In this document: one piece after another, positions 34,936 to 45,467 of the stretch | How the letters are laid out: each line of letters starts with the position of its first letter | Numbering within the stretch: position 1 is the stretch's first letter | IMG/VR virus record: IMGVR_UViG_3300010311_001094 | Location: 29,466 to 93,465 of that record | From: a virus | Lineage: Duplodnaviria; Caudoviricetes | DNA length: 64,000 nt | Direction: 5' to 3' (one strand) | The notes under the pieces: model-generated | What the model was told of the DNA's origin: nothing | What the model saw: only the letters and a program-made list of their open reading frames with translations | Databases searched by the model: none | Translations under genes and position numbers: made by a program

Positions 34936-37368
34936 TTACGAAAATGCTGCATCGTCATCCTCGGTCGCCGCATGATCCAGTTCGCCGTTCTCATGCTTCA
35001 GAAAACGGCAACCTACAAGCATAGTCGTCTGACTACCACTGCCGTCATTTGGACGCTTACGCACAATGGGGAAGAAACGCTGGATCGCATTATTGAAGTT
35101 GGTGCTGTTCTCCTTGCGGTAGCCATACTTATCGCACCACTGCCCATAAAGACGATAAACAGCAGAGGTACGCTCCTCGTATGCTTCGCCTTCTTCGAGC
35201 CATGCATCCACAAACTGCCCGATGCGGTCAGACTCGTCCTGATACTCCTTAGTCGCTTCCGTAACAGCAGCCGGATCATCGAGTCCCTGCTTCCGGAACA
35301 ACTTATACCCTGCATAGCACCAGTTGAAGATAGCAGACTGACTCTCAGGAGTTGCAAAGAATGCTTTGAGGCCTTTGTCCTGCTCATGCTCCTCGAAATG
35401 ACGTTTGAATGGGATGAGCTTTAGACGATTGGAATAAAACAGCGTCATATCGGACACGGACGGCTTGTAGTTGGTATTGATGAAAATCTTGAAGTTCGGG
35501 CGGAAATCGAAAGAATTCTCATGCAGGAAACGCGCATTCAGCGTATCGTTACCCGTCATTCTTTTTACCAGTGCTGCATTGAATGTGATCTTCTTCTCCG
35601 GCTCGGAGATATTGACGAAACGCACACCTGCAAGGCGAGCGATCTCCTCAGACGGACCGGATGCATTGGTGTTGCCGAATTTCGTAGATAGCATCTCAGG
35701 ATTGGAGGTTTTTCCGTAGTCGCCCATGATCTTCAAAAATGTCTCCATAGTGGTTCCCTTACCATTACGAGAGGTTGCACCATAGAGGATGAACAGACAC
35801 TCCAAAGATGTGTCGCCCGTGAGAGCATAGCCGAGTGCCTTCTGCAGATAAAGTGCGAGGTCCTTGTCATTGCACATGACCTCAGAAATGAACTGCTCCC
35901 ATCTCGGACAGGTCGCATCGGGATCGTAGGTGATGCCGGACATCATCGTGAGAAAGTCTGCTGGATCATGCGGACGGAACTCTCCTGTGGTGAGGTTCAG
36001 CGTGCCATTCTGACAATTGAACAGATCAGTGTTGCGGTCAAAAACAGTGTGAGATACCGGATAGACGGACTTTGCATCCTCGATCATGGTACGGCGGTTC
36101 TTTCGCATTTGGAGCTTCTGCACTCGCTTGATATAGCGGTTGCGGGTGTCCTCGTCAGTGATCTGGAGTGCAAAGGAATACAGCCTGTCTGCGAGGATCT
36201 TCGCAAGCTCTGCCACGGCGAGCGCATTCTCGTCCGGCTGCCAGACCTTACCGTCATAGACATACCAGATGCCACGTTCCCGGTCAAAACGCGCGATGGG
36301 CTTGAAGTAATCGGCAAACGCATAGCCGATTCCGATCTCATCACGTTGATAGCGGGGCTTGGTGTGCGGCCGCATCTCCTCGATGGTGAGCGTGATATGG
36401 CTGAGATCCGGCTCGAAGGTCAGCACCTCAGCTTCTTCCTCGTCAAGTGCTTCAAAGTCATCCTCGGCGGAGCCTGTCATGATCGGTGTGTAGATCTCGC
36501 CGTTAGTGGACACTGCATTACGGATGGTGATCTGTCCATAGGTGCTGTCGCCAGTCATACGATCCCATTTGTCACGCATCAGTCCGGAGGTGCGGAAGAT
36601 ACGGTCGATCTGTTCCTCGACATTGCCGCACCAGAAAGCAAGAATAGATACGAGCGCCATGTCCGCATCGGACTGGGAGTCGTAGCCCTCCTCCCAGTTT
36701 CCGGCATAGAGCGCCTTGAACTTGTCACCGGACTCCGATGCTGATGCATGAGCAATAACGCCCTCGTCATCGAGATAGGATGCAGGCTCGACAGTCTTGG
36801 AAGATACACGGGTGCTGCGCTTCATGAAGGTGTCCAGCAATGTGCGCAGAGCATCGTCATTTCGGGTGACCGCACCGCCCCGGAACATATCGCCGGTGAC
36901 AGTAACAAATCTGTTCGTCACGCCAGGGAGATAGACCTCCAGACCGTGCTTGCGGTTGTTGATGTAATACACGGTCTTATCATAGGCGAAATCGGGAGAC
37001 AGCTTGAAAAAGCCACGCAGTCCGCTACCGGAAGGGCTGCGTTCAAAGTAGGCATCGGGAAAGATGCCGAGGATAGAAGCAGCGACATCATTGAGGCTGC
37101 CGTCTTCACGGATACAGTGGTCGATGTCGATCGCGCCAATGCCCTCACTGACACGATAGCCGATGCCGTCCCAGCCGCCGATGGCATAGGACTTCATTGC
37201 CGTATTGAAGTCTGTGAAGGTAGACGGATCGTTGGTTCTCGCCATTGCGCCAGTGCGCGGATTATACGGCACTTTCGTAGGTCTGCCGCTGCGCTTCTCC
37301 ATCTTCCATACACAGAACGATGCAGACTGTTTCAGCACATCGGGGATATTCACGAAATTTACAGGCAT
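34936..37368 (-). CDS. Primase-polymerase fused to D5/P4-type SF3 helicase
   Basis: N-terminal KVPY, IDID, ERSPSG (NrS-1-like); QSDAD; GATSRNGKGT; TGND. Confidence 0.92.
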   Translation of the reverse strand: MPVNFVNIPDVLKQSASFCVWKMEKRSGRPTKVPYNPRTGAMARTNDPSTFTDFNTAMKSYAIGGWDGIGYRVSEGIGAIDIDHCIREDGSLNDVAASILGIFPDAYFERSPSGSGLRGFFKLSPDFAYDKTVYYINNRKHGLEVYLPGVTNRFVTVTGDMFRGGAVTRNDDALRTLLDTFMKRSTRVSSKTVEPASYLDDEGVIAHASASESGDKFKALYAGNWEEGYDSQSDADMALVSILAFWCGNVEEQIDRIFRTSGLMRDKWDRMTGDSTYGQITIRNAVSTNGEIYTPIMTGSAEDDFEALDEEEAEVLTFEPDLSHITLTIEEMRPHTKPRYQRDEIGIGYAFADYFKPIARFDRERGIWYVYDGKVWQPDENALAVAELAKILADRLYSFALQITDEDTRNRYIKRVQKLQMRKNRRTMIEDAKSVYPVSHTVFDRNTDLFNCQNGTLNLTTGEFRPHDPADFLTMMSGITYDPDATCPRWEQFISEVMCNDKDLALYLQKALGYALTGDTSLECLFILYGATSRNGKGTTMETFLKIMGDYGKTSNPEMLSTKFGNTNASGPSEEIARLAGVRFVNISEPEKKITFNAALVKRMTGNDTLNARFLHENSFDFRPNFKIFINTNYKPSVSDMTLFYSNRLKLIPFKRHFEEHEQDKGLKAFFATPESQSAIFNWCYAGYKLFRKQGLDDPAAVTEATKEYQDESDRIGQFVDAWLEEGEAYEERTSAVYRLYGQWCDKYGYRKENSTNFNNAIQRFFPIVRKRPNDGSGSQTTMLVGCRFLKHENGELDHAATEDDDAAFS

Positions 37369-37853
37369 TCAGGCACACTCCTTTCCAAAGCAAACTGTGA
37401 CAGCACGGCGGTTTCGATGCGGTTCATCGCTTCATCATCGGAAATATGCCCTGCATAGGTTCTCAGCGCATACTTGCTGATGGTGGTGAGCTGTTCCGCC
37501 AGAACCATAGACGGTGCGAGAAGCTGACCGCCGCCAGTAACGCTGTATGGATCAAGCTGTGTATGACAAGGCAGCTCCGGCTTTTTCAGGTGTCTTGTCA
37601 TCGGAAGCACATTGACGGTATCGGCATGAGCATTGCCGATGTCGTTTGAAATAATAACAACGGGGCGGGTGCCGCCCTGCACGCTGGAATCCGGATGACT
37701 GCCGAGATCCGCAAACCAGATATCGCCGCGCTGCGGTTTGTGAGCGGTGGTGTGGTGCTGCACCGGTTTTACCGGCGTAGTAATATATTTTCTCGGATCG
37801 AAGCCGAGCCCTCTGTGGTATTCTGTTTTCAAGCGTTTATTCTTACGTGCCAT
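37359..37853 (-). CDS. PemK/MazF-family protein
   Basis: RGDIWFADL...QGGTRPVVIISND.GN; EQLTTISK. Confidence 0.88.
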   Translation of the reverse strand: MARKNKRLKTEYHRGLGFDPRKYITTPVKPVQHHTTAHKPQRGDIWFADLGSHPDSSVQGGTRPVVIISNDIGNAHADTVNVLPMTRHLKKPELPCHTQLDPYSVTGGGQLLAPSMVLAEQLTTISKYALRTYAGHISDDEAMNRIETAVLSQFALERSVPECL

Positions 37854-37950
37854 AGAAATTCACCTCCGTGGTGTGCGGCGTAACCGATTTGTCGTCGCTT
37901 TGCCGTCTTTATGTCGTCAATAAGGGGCAGATCATACAGACTGTATATTG

Positions 37951-39321
37951 TTACAATCTTGCTTTGACCGCTGCAATCAACTTCTCCTGGGTCACGTCCT
38001 TTGAAGCGAGAGCTTTGAGTACATCCTCGTCCACGGTGTCTTTTGTTACGATGTGGTGGATCGTGACAGTGTGCTGCTGTCCCTGTCGCCAGAGTCGGGC
38101 GTTGGTCTGCTGATAGAGTTCAAGGCTCCATGTCAGTCCGAACCAGATCAAGATATGACCGCCGGACTGTATATTGAGTCCGTGTCCTGCCGATGCAGGG
38201 TGTATGAGAGCGACCGGAATGTTTCCTGCATTCCAGTCTGTGATATCGTCGGAATCCTTAATATCCCTCGGAGCATAGCCGCAGGCAGTCAGATGCTCGA
38301 TGATGCGGGTTCGGTCATGCTTGAACCAGTAACCGATCAGAATAGGCTGTCCGTTTGCAGCCTCGATCAGGTCTTCCAGCATTTCAAGTTTCCGGCTGTG
38401 AATGGTACGGGCTTCCTTGTTCTCGTCATAGACAGCACCGTTCGCCATCTGAAGCAGCTTATTGGAGAGCGATGCCGCATTTGCCGCATCAATATCACCG
38501 TCCTCAAGCGGAATGATGAGGTCATGCTTTAACTGATCGTAGAGCTTTCGCTCCGCCGCGTTCATCTCGACCTCATGGTTGACATACACACATTCCGGCA
38601 TATCCAGATAGTCCAGTGCTTTCATCGAAATGGTGATGTCGGAGATCTTCTGATATATCTGTTCCTCCGCACCGGGACGTGGGGTGTAGCTGAAGACGAC
38701 ACCTGTGCTTGGATTCATGCTGCTCGGCTTGAAGTAGCTTTCACGAAAGCGCCCGATGAATCGTCCGAGCCTTTCGCCGCCGTCAAGGATACCGATCTCC
38801 GCCCACAAGTCCATGAGACCGTTGGATGTCGGCGTACCTGTCAGCCCTACCCATCGTTTGACGAACGGTCGCACCTTCCGCAGCCACTTGAAACGCTGTG
38901 ACTGATAGTTCTTGAAGGAACTCAGCTCGTCAATGACGATCATGTCAAGATCCCAGCGGAGGCCGTTTTTCTCGTAATACTCCACGAGCCATTTCACGTT
39001 CTCGCGATTGACGATGTATATGAATGCATTGTGATTCACCGCTGCCGTGCGCTCCTTAACGCTGCCGACAATGACAGAGATCTCAATATTCTGTAAATGA
39101 TCCCACTTCTTTACCTCGGCAGGCCATGTGTCACGGGCGACTCTGAGGGGCGCGATCACCAGCACCTTGTTCACTTTCAGCTCATCGAACATCAGGGCGT
39201 TGAGGGCGGTCAGCGTGATGATCGTTTTGCCGAGTCCCATGTCCAAAAACAGAGCGGAAACAGGATGCTCCCGGATATATTCGATACAATATTTCTGGTA
39301 ATCGTGCGGTGTGTATTTCAT
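37951..39321 (-). CDS. SNF2-family helicase
   Basis: DMGLGKT, DELS, LTGTP, GHGLN, QTNARLWRQGQ. Confidence 0.93.
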   Translation of the reverse strand: MKYTPHDYQKYCIEYIREHPVSALFLDMGLGKTIITLTALNALMFDELKVNKVLVIAPLRVARDTWPAEVKKWDHLQNIEISVIVGSVKERTAAVNHNAFIYIVNRENVKWLVEYYEKNGLRWDLDMIVIDELSSFKNYQSQRFKWLRKVRPFVKRWVGLTGTPTSNGLMDLWAEIGILDGGERLGRFIGRFRESYFKPSSMNPSTGVVFSYTPRPGAEEQIYQKISDITISMKALDYLDMPECVYVNHEVEMNAAERKLYDQLKHDLIIPLEDGDIDAANAASLSNKLLQMANGAVYDENKEARTIHSRKLEMLEDLIEAANGQPILIGYWFKHDRTRIIEHLTACGYAPRDIKDSDDITDWNAGNIPVALIHPASAGHGLNIQSGGHILIWFGLTWSLELYQQTNARLWRQGQQHTVTIHHIVTKDTVDEDVLKALASKDVTQEKLIAAVKARL

Positions 39322-39758
39322 CCGGTATCATCCTCCTCCAATTCGTAGAATCCTGCCAGATCATCGGGGTCTATCGGTTCCAGTGTTTCACCGAAGTCAT
39401 CCATCTCAGACGGCAGCGTTGTGATCTCCAGATCAGGTATCTTTGCTCCAATACCCTCCGGAAACGGTTCACCGGGTGTCCATGCAAGGATCGCATCAAT
39501 GCACGGCTTGATCTGATACAGCTTGTCGATGCAGAGAACGGGAAAGCCCAGTTTCATCAGCTGATACCGTCTTTTTCTCTGCAGCGGGCGCATCATCTTG
39601 CCTGGTGCTTTCAGCTCCACAAATACCGTCTTTGTGGGAAAGAACAGAACGAGTCTGTCCGGCAGCCCGTTTGCTGTCTGCGATGTCAGCTTATACGCTA
39701 CACCGCCTGCAGCCTTGACTGCCTTGACAAACTCATTCTCAACAACATATTCTCTCAA
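39318..39758 (-). CDS. VRR-NUC domain nuclease
   Basis: GLPDRL...FVELK..G....PLQ; TTG start overlapping upstream stop. Confidence 0.88.
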   Translation of the reverse strand: MREYVVENEFVKAVKAAGGVAYKLTSQTANGLPDRLVLFFPTKTVFVELKAPGKMMRPLQRKRRYQLMKLGFPVLCIDKLYQIKPCIDAILAWTPGEPFPEGIGAKIPDLEITTLPSEMDDFGETLEPIDPDDLAGFYELEEDDTG

Positions 39759-39979
39759 TGTCTGCCGTCCTTCCAGTATTCGCACCAACCGGACGGGAAC
39801 GGCGTATGATAGCAGTTCCCATAAAAGCGGCAGTTCTCACAGCACTGGTCATCTACATACAGTTCCTCGTCACTGTGGTCGTAATCGTCATAGCCGCCGC
39901 GGTTATAAAACTGATAGGTCGAATGCTTCACTTTCTTGCGGGACTTGTAGCCCCTGCGGTCTTTCCATGTTCTGCTCAT
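39755..39979 (-). CDS. Small Cys-rich hypothetical protein
   Basis: CCENCRFY...WCEYW; coupled to neighbours. Confidence 0.6.
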   Translation of the reverse strand: MSRTWKDRRGYKSRKKVKHSTYQFYNRGGYDDYDHSDEELYVDDQCCENCRFYGNCYHTPFPSGWCEYWKDGRH

Positions 39980-41025
39980 GCGTTGATCTCCTTCCACTGT
40001 GTTTTCGGCATGGTCGCCACCTGCCATCCGATGCCTTCCAGCGCAGTGGCTCTGTCGTAGGACTCTACATCCTGCGAAGCCCGCGTGATGGCATTGCTCA
40101 GGCCGTAGAGGGAGAGGTCGCCGCCCTGGATCAGGTAGTTCAGAATGCTGTCCTGTTCCGGCTGATTGAGGTCATATGCCTTGCCGGTCAGTTCAATGAC
40201 ATCCTGTACACGTCCCGTGATCTTTGCACCGTGGCTCTGCTCCAGAACACCGACGATCTGTGCAAAACGTGCCGACTCAATAGCGGCAAGCGTTGTGTCA
40301 CGAAGCTTCAGCATAAATGCGTGATCTTCCGCTTCGAGCGTTTCATCTGTATAGATATTGAAGCTGTCTTCCAGCGCCTTTGCCGCTCTGCCCACATGGG
40401 TACGGCGTTCGCCCATACTGTTGACCACCATACCATTGGTGCAGGCAAGCGTATAAACAAGCGGCTGCACGGAAACTGCGCCGAGACCGACCTCGGAATT
40501 GGAAATGATAACACCCGCCTGCACTCTGTCACCGACACACGCCATTTCAAGGCGATGGTTGACAATCTTCAGATACAGCTTGTTTTCTGTGACCTCGCAG
40601 CTCATGACCTCCATGCCGTCCTGTCCTGCAAACAGCGGCAGCACCGCCGATGCAATTTCAAGGTTATCGATACGGCGATAACGGTCGGAAAGGAGCGCAC
40701 GGGCGACCTGTCCGCTGCCGTAGTCCAGTGTTCTGACCATGTAGCTGTTACCCTTATCAGAAAACCATGCGTTCACGTTATCTGCCAGAAGCTCCGGCTT
40801 CTGTTTCTGCATCATGTCATAATATCTCGCGGGGATACCGAGTGCAGATGCTACCTGACGGTGAAAAAGCTGCGTTGTGCCGAAGCTGTGATCATCCCCG
40901 ATGCAGAAGGTGCTGCCGTCCTCGTCCAGACGGAATGCCTCCGCCATACCGATATAGTCCTGCTTTGCAGCATTCTGACGCTGAAGCTCTGTCAGCACCT
41001 CCGGTAATGCTCGTCCCTGTTTCAT
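39976..41025 (-). CDS. DUF932-like protein
   Basis: RALLSDRY, ISNSEVG, LACTNGM. Confidence 0.75.
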   Translation of the reverse strand: MKQGRALPEVLTELQRQNAAKQDYIGMAEAFRLDEDGSTFCIGDDHSFGTTQLFHRQVASALGIPARYYDMMQKQKPELLADNVNAWFSDKGNSYMVRTLDYGSGQVARALLSDRYRRIDNLEIASAVLPLFAGQDGMEVMSCEVTENKLYLKIVNHRLEMACVGDRVQAGVIISNSEVGLGAVSVQPLVYTLACTNGMVVNSMGERRTHVGRAAKALEDSFNIYTDETLEAEDHAFMLKLRDTTLAAIESARFAQIVGVLEQSHGAKITGRVQDVIELTGKAYDLNQPEQDSILNYLIQGGDLSLYGLSNAITRASQDVESYDRATALEGIGWQVATMPKTQWKEINA

Positions 41026-41037
41026 AGAAATATCCTC

Positions 41038-42993
41038 CTAGTCTTTAAAATAATAATTGCCTGTATATCCGGCAGAGGACAGCGGCAGACCGTTCGCCCA
41101 TGCCGGATTCCGGTTCATGATATTGCACACATCATCGACAGTGTATTGTCCTTTCGGCACTTCAAGAATGACCTCATCATGCACATGGCCGACAATGCCG
41201 AGCCCTGCAAGCTCCATCCGGCGCATTGCTTCTGCAAGCAGGTCACGGGCTGTCGCCTGCGTGATGTTCTCGGTCAGCTTCCCGCTGTAGGTCTCGCCGC
41301 GCGTCCATTTGTTGTTTGCGCCGAGCCCTTCAAAGGTCAGTGCCATGCGCCCGAAGCGGTTCGGCTGCAACTTTGGTTTGATGTAGGCAAGCCTGCGACC
41401 TGACGGCAGAATGATCCACAGTGTATTTGCAGAGAACTGAAAACCGATCCTGCCAACCGTTCTGTCCGTATGGTTCTTTACTGTTTCGATTGCCGCTTTT
41501 TCCACGGCATACCAGAATTTCACGATCTCCGGATTTGCATCGCGCCAGCTTGAAATGATGTCGGGTAGATCGTCCTCTTTCAGTCCCATATCCAGTGCGC
41601 CCATTGAGATCAGCGCACCTGCACCGCCGCCGTAACCGCAGGCCAGCTCTGCGACTTTTCCTTTCTGCCGCAGTTCGCCGTTGATGCCGTGCTTCATGAC
41701 CGGAACACCGAACATTTGCGATGCGGATGCACAGTAAATATCCTCGCCGCGTACAAAGGCATCCAGTCTCCATTGCTCTCCGGCAAGCCACGCAAGGACT
41801 CTCGCTTCAATAGCAGAAAAGTCAGCTACGATAAACTCACAGCCATCTTTCGGAATGAGCATAGTTCTTATAAGCTGTGACAGGATATCCGGCGTATTGC
41901 CATACAGGGCTTCGATCATATCAAAGCAACCGAGTTTTACAAGCTCACGGGCTTCATCGAGGGTGGAGATATGGTTCTGCGGAAGATTCTGCAATTGAAT
42001 CCCACGCCCAGCCCAGCGCTGTGTGCGGTTCGCACCGGAAAACTGAAACAGTCCGTGCGCTCTACCGTCCTGGCAGATGTATCTCTCCGCCGCCTGATAC
42101 TTTTTCACAGAGGATTTTGCCATCTGCAACCGCAGCTTCATCATATCCAGAGCCTCACCGTCTGCGCTGTGCCTGTCGAGGTCTGTGATAAGAGAAGCGA
42201 CATTCTTTTTGCCGAGGGAATCCACCTCAATGCCACGCTCCTCCAGCCAGCCTTTCAGCTGAGATACGGAGTTGGGGTTCTCCAAACCGGTCAGCGCATA
42301 CGCTCTTTTTGTCATTTCCTCAGAGAGAGACATATTACAGATGATCGCCTGCTGTACCAGTTCCTTGTCGATCAGGATCCCACGGTCATTGATCCGCTGA
42401 TCCATATGATAGAAATCCCATTCCTGCGGGAGCAGGGGGAACTTTTCAAGTCTCCGGCGAATATCCCGCTCAGTCTCTACGTCCTGTATGCAGTAGCTTT
42501 TGAACAGCTTCCAGTCTTCGGGGGCGTGCTCCGGCAGATTCCTTGTTCTGCCGCCGTTTGCTTTGGTGGGCTTACAGGGCAGAGAGAAATAACGGATCAG
42601 TCGCTCACCGACAGCGTCTTTCTGCTGTACAGTCTTCAGAGCCTGTGCCGCAGTTGCCAACTTCAGCGGCAGGGACAGCGATGCCGCCCATACCATCGTA
42701 CATTGCCATGCATCCGGGGAAAGCTGTGTGCCGAGATATTTTGACAGGCAAGTACGCTCAAACTGCGCGTTCCATGCCGATTTGATGATACTGTCATCCT
42801 GCAGCGCATCTACGACCTCTGCCGGGAGCTGCTCCCCGCAGGCCATATCCACGCATTTTGTTTCTTCATCGTCAAATGAATATGCGAACAGCAGGATATG
42901 GAAATCTCCCTCAACATAGCGGTACACACCGCAGTTCGGGAGGTCTACATCCGAATAGGTTTCTAAGTCGATGGAAAGTACATGTCTGCTCAA
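41038..42993 (-). CDS. Phage family-A DNA polymerase
   Basis: Exonuclease IDLET, NAQFE; motif A DFSAIEAR; motif B RQKGKVAELACGYG; motif C VHDE. Confidence 0.95.
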   Translation of the reverse strand: MSRHVLSIDLETYSDVDLPNCGVYRYVEGDFHILLFAYSFDDEETKCVDMACGEQLPAEVVDALQDDSIIKSAWNAQFERTCLSKYLGTQLSPDAWQCTMVWAASLSLPLKLATAAQALKTVQQKDAVGERLIRYFSLPCKPTKANGGRTRNLPEHAPEDWKLFKSYCIQDVETERDIRRRLEKFPLLPQEWDFYHMDQRINDRGILIDKELVQQAIICNMSLSEEMTKRAYALTGLENPNSVSQLKGWLEERGIEVDSLGKKNVASLITDLDRHSADGEALDMMKLRLQMAKSSVKKYQAAERYICQDGRAHGLFQFSGANRTQRWAGRGIQLQNLPQNHISTLDEARELVKLGCFDMIEALYGNTPDILSQLIRTMLIPKDGCEFIVADFSAIEARVLAWLAGEQWRLDAFVRGEDIYCASASQMFGVPVMKHGINGELRQKGKVAELACGYGGGAGALISMGALDMGLKEDDLPDIISSWRDANPEIVKFWYAVEKAAIETVKNHTDRTVGRIGFQFSANTLWIILPSGRRLAYIKPKLQPNRFGRMALTFEGLGANNKWTRGETYSGKLTENITQATARDLLAEAMRRMELAGLGIVGHVHDEVILEVPKGQYTVDDVCNIMNRNPAWANGLPLSSAGYTGNYYFKD

Positions 42994-43045
42994 TAATGAT
43001 CACCGCCTTGTGTGTATGTACAGGGAGGCAAGCCTCCCTAATGCT

Positions 43046-43627
43046 TCAGTTCAGAAAATCCATATCGTCATCGTCAAGTTCGTCGGCATCGTCGCCCTCG
43101 ACCTCCACAAAATCGGATGCCGCAGTCGGTCTGCCGGCAAGACGCTCACCGTGACGGACAAGCTGGATGTTCTGGAGTCCTGCTGCAATGCCCTTGTTGC
43201 CGGACGCTGCGAATCCGTAGAAATTGACGGACACGTTGCAGTAGTCGCCGCTGCCGCACTCCATAGGGTCCAGAATCGGCTGCACATGGCGGTCAACGAT
43301 CTGCGGGGCATCCTTGGAAGTGGCGTTGAAAAAGAAGTGACCGGCGTAGTTCTCATCGTCCGGGCGGTCGATGTCGCCGTCGTGCATCGGCAGCTTCAGA
43401 TTCGGTGGGATCTTGCCGCCCCACTTCTTCTCCTTTGCGGCCTCCTTCGCCGCCTCGATCGCCTTCTTGATCTTGGCGAGCGTTGCCTTGTCATCCTTCG
43501 GGATCAGCAGCGACACGGAATACTTCTCGTCGCCGCCGTTGATGGATCGCGCCTCCCAGATGTTGGCGAAGCTGATGCGGCACGGCACGATGACCTTCGT
43601 TGCGGGTGCGTTGTTATTAGTTGCCAT
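43046..43627 (-). CDS. ssDNA-binding protein (DUF2815/gp2.5-like)
   Basis: RISFA, KYSVSLLIPK, DGD, GLQNIQ, acidic tail. Confidence 0.88.
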   Translation of the reverse strand: MATNNNAPATKVIVPCRISFANIWEARSINGGDEKYSVSLLIPKDDKATLAKIKKAIEAAKEAAKEKKWGGKIPPNLKLPMHDGDIDRPDDENYAGHFFFNATSKDAPQIVDRHVQPILDPMECGSGDYCNVSVNFYGFAASGNKGIAAGLQNIQLVRHGERLAGRPTAASDFVEVEGDDADELDDDDMDFLN

Positions 43628-43654
43628 GATATACCTCCAAAATGTAGCCCAGTG

Positions 43655-44962
43655 TTATTCCTCATCAGGCAGGGCTGAAAACTCCTGATCAGGTGTTGCT
43701 GTGAGATCGACAGGCTCTCTCGGATCGCTTTCCGGTACGAGAGCCAATTTTCCGGGCGGCTTGGCGACATATTCACCGAGCAGCTCATTGAACTTTTTCT
43801 TGCCCATCATCTTTTCAAATTCCGTCAGCGTGATGAGCGTCTGCTTGTAAAGGTCGGTGTAGCCGTTCTGCACGGCGGTATCGACCACTGCCTTGGTGTC
43901 TGTAAAAACACGCTTGCTGCGTCCCTCGACCACCTTATATCCGGGAATGGGTACGCCGTGGTTGATCGCCTCGGAGGAGACGAATGCAAATACTGCTTCT
44001 ATCCAAGAGCTGATGCGGTTCAGTGTCGGCAGTATCTCCGCCAGTTCTGCAATGGGGATCAGTCCCGGCTGTTTGAAAACGGCAGTCTGTGTATCTGCTT
44101 CATAGGGGGCAGTCATATCGGTTTCCTCCGCTGTATCGAATGCCCCGGCATCAAGGTCAAGGAAATCCTCGCGGCAGAGCGCCAGTGCTTCATCCTTACA
44201 CGCCTGACATACAGGTTTAGCTTTACAAAACCTGCACCAGTCGCCGGGATGCTGTTCCCCTTTACCCTCATACGCCATGATAGCAATGGGCTTGATGCTC
44301 TCCGCCCATTCATTCAGTTCTGACACCGGCATCTCGCAGGTGCTGATATTATCGAGCCTCGGCTGCACGATCGACATTCTGACGATCTCCACATCGTAGA
44401 TAAAGTCATACGCCCTGAGTGCGCCTATCGCATACAGCATCATCTGCGGATTATGGTCGGCATCCACAAAAACGCCTTTTCCATTTTTGTAATCCACTAT
44501 GTGGAGAAGTCCGCGACCTTCAGCATCTTTTCCTATGACGATCATGTCGCCCGTTCCGAATCCGCTCGGTGCAACGTGGCTGTAGTCCAGCTTCTCCTCC
44601 ACAAGTGCCATCGGCTCTGTGCCGTTTGCCTTCATCTCCTCGATGATACCAATGACGAACTCGGCGTAGATATCTGTAGCCTGCTCGATCTCCTCGGTGT
44701 AGTATTCCGACTGCGGGCGCTCCATGCGGTCATGCAGATACTTCCGCACCTTGTACTCGCACAGCTCGTGCGCCGCTGTCCCTTCCTCGGCAAACTCGCT
44801 GGATGTATTCGGGAACTGCTCATTCAGCCGTGCAGATGGCGGACAGTTCAGCCAGCGTTTTGCCGCCGATGCGGACAGGACAGCGTGGGCGCGGCTTGCA
44901 TGGTCGATGCCCGGCGCATCGGGCGGAACACCGGAGACCGACTCCTTCTTTTTTCTTGGCAT
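43655..44962 (-). CDS. Cas4-like PD-(D/E)xK nuclease (DUF2800)
   Basis: LSASAAKRWLNCP, GTAAH, GTGD, IVDYK.G.G, WCRFC. Confidence 0.88.
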   Translation of the reverse strand: MPRKKKESVSGVPPDAPGIDHASRAHAVLSASAAKRWLNCPPSARLNEQFPNTSSEFAEEGTAAHELCEYKVRKYLHDRMERPQSEYYTEEIEQATDIYAEFVIGIIEEMKANGTEPMALVEEKLDYSHVAPSGFGTGDMIVIGKDAEGRGLLHIVDYKNGKGVFVDADHNPQMMLYAIGALRAYDFIYDVEIVRMSIVQPRLDNISTCEMPVSELNEWAESIKPIAIMAYEGKGEQHPGDWCRFCKAKPVCQACKDEALALCREDFLDLDAGAFDTAEETDMTAPYEADTQTAVFKQPGLIPIAELAEILPTLNRISSWIEAVFAFVSSEAINHGVPIPGYKVVEGRSKRVFTDTKAVVDTAVQNGYTDLYKQTLITLTEFEKMMGKKKFNELLGEYVAKPPGKLALVPESDPREPVDLTATPDQEFSALPDEE

Positions 44963-44978
44963 GATGCTTCACCTCCCA

Positions 44979-45467
44979 TCAGAGCTGCGACAGGTCAGTG
45001 AGGAACGCCTCGTACTTATCCTGCGGGATGTCGCTGACCTTTGCCGCGCCGTAGGACTTCAGCAGCGTGAGGACCTTGTCCTTGTTGGCGCGGTTCTGCT
45101 TGATCTTCTGTGTGACAACACGGATGAGGTCATCGGCGGTCAGCTCCGATGCAGGCTCCTGTTTCTTAGCAGGGGCTTTCTTTTTCGGCTGCTCCTTCGG
45201 CTTTTCCTCCGGCTCGGTGTCCCACGGAAGATCGTCCGCCGAGATGATCTCCTCGAAATCGTCGATGTTCAGGTTCTCCGGAGCAGTGTCAGCCGCAGGC
45301 TTCGGCACACCGTTGATCGCCATGTCTGCAAGCTGCTGCGCCATGCCCGGCTCCATTGAATTCAGAAGCTGGATAACACCGCCGAAGATCGTACCGAGCC
45401 CGTCGATCAGCTTCTTTGCGTCTACCGGAATAGGCTCCGGCAGCTTGTTCTTTTTAGTCTCCGTCAT
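44979..45467 (-). CDS. Hypothetical phage replication-module protein
   Basis: C-terminal LLKSYGAAKVSDIPQDKY motif, typical of genes upstream of DUF2800. Confidence 0.7.
   Translation of the reverse strand: MTETKKNKLPEPIPVDAKKLIDGLGTIFGGVIQLLNSMEPGMAQQLADMAINGVPKPAADTAPENLNIDDFEEIISADDLPWDTEPEEKPKEQPKKKAPAKKQEPASELTADDLIRVVTQKIKQNRANKDKVLTLLKSYGAAKVSDIPQDKYEAFLTDLSQL

Noticed and set aside
43655-44962. Cas4-like gene as part of CRISPR-Cas
   Set aside because: Sits in the standard phage nuclease-SSB-polymerase module with no other cas genes.
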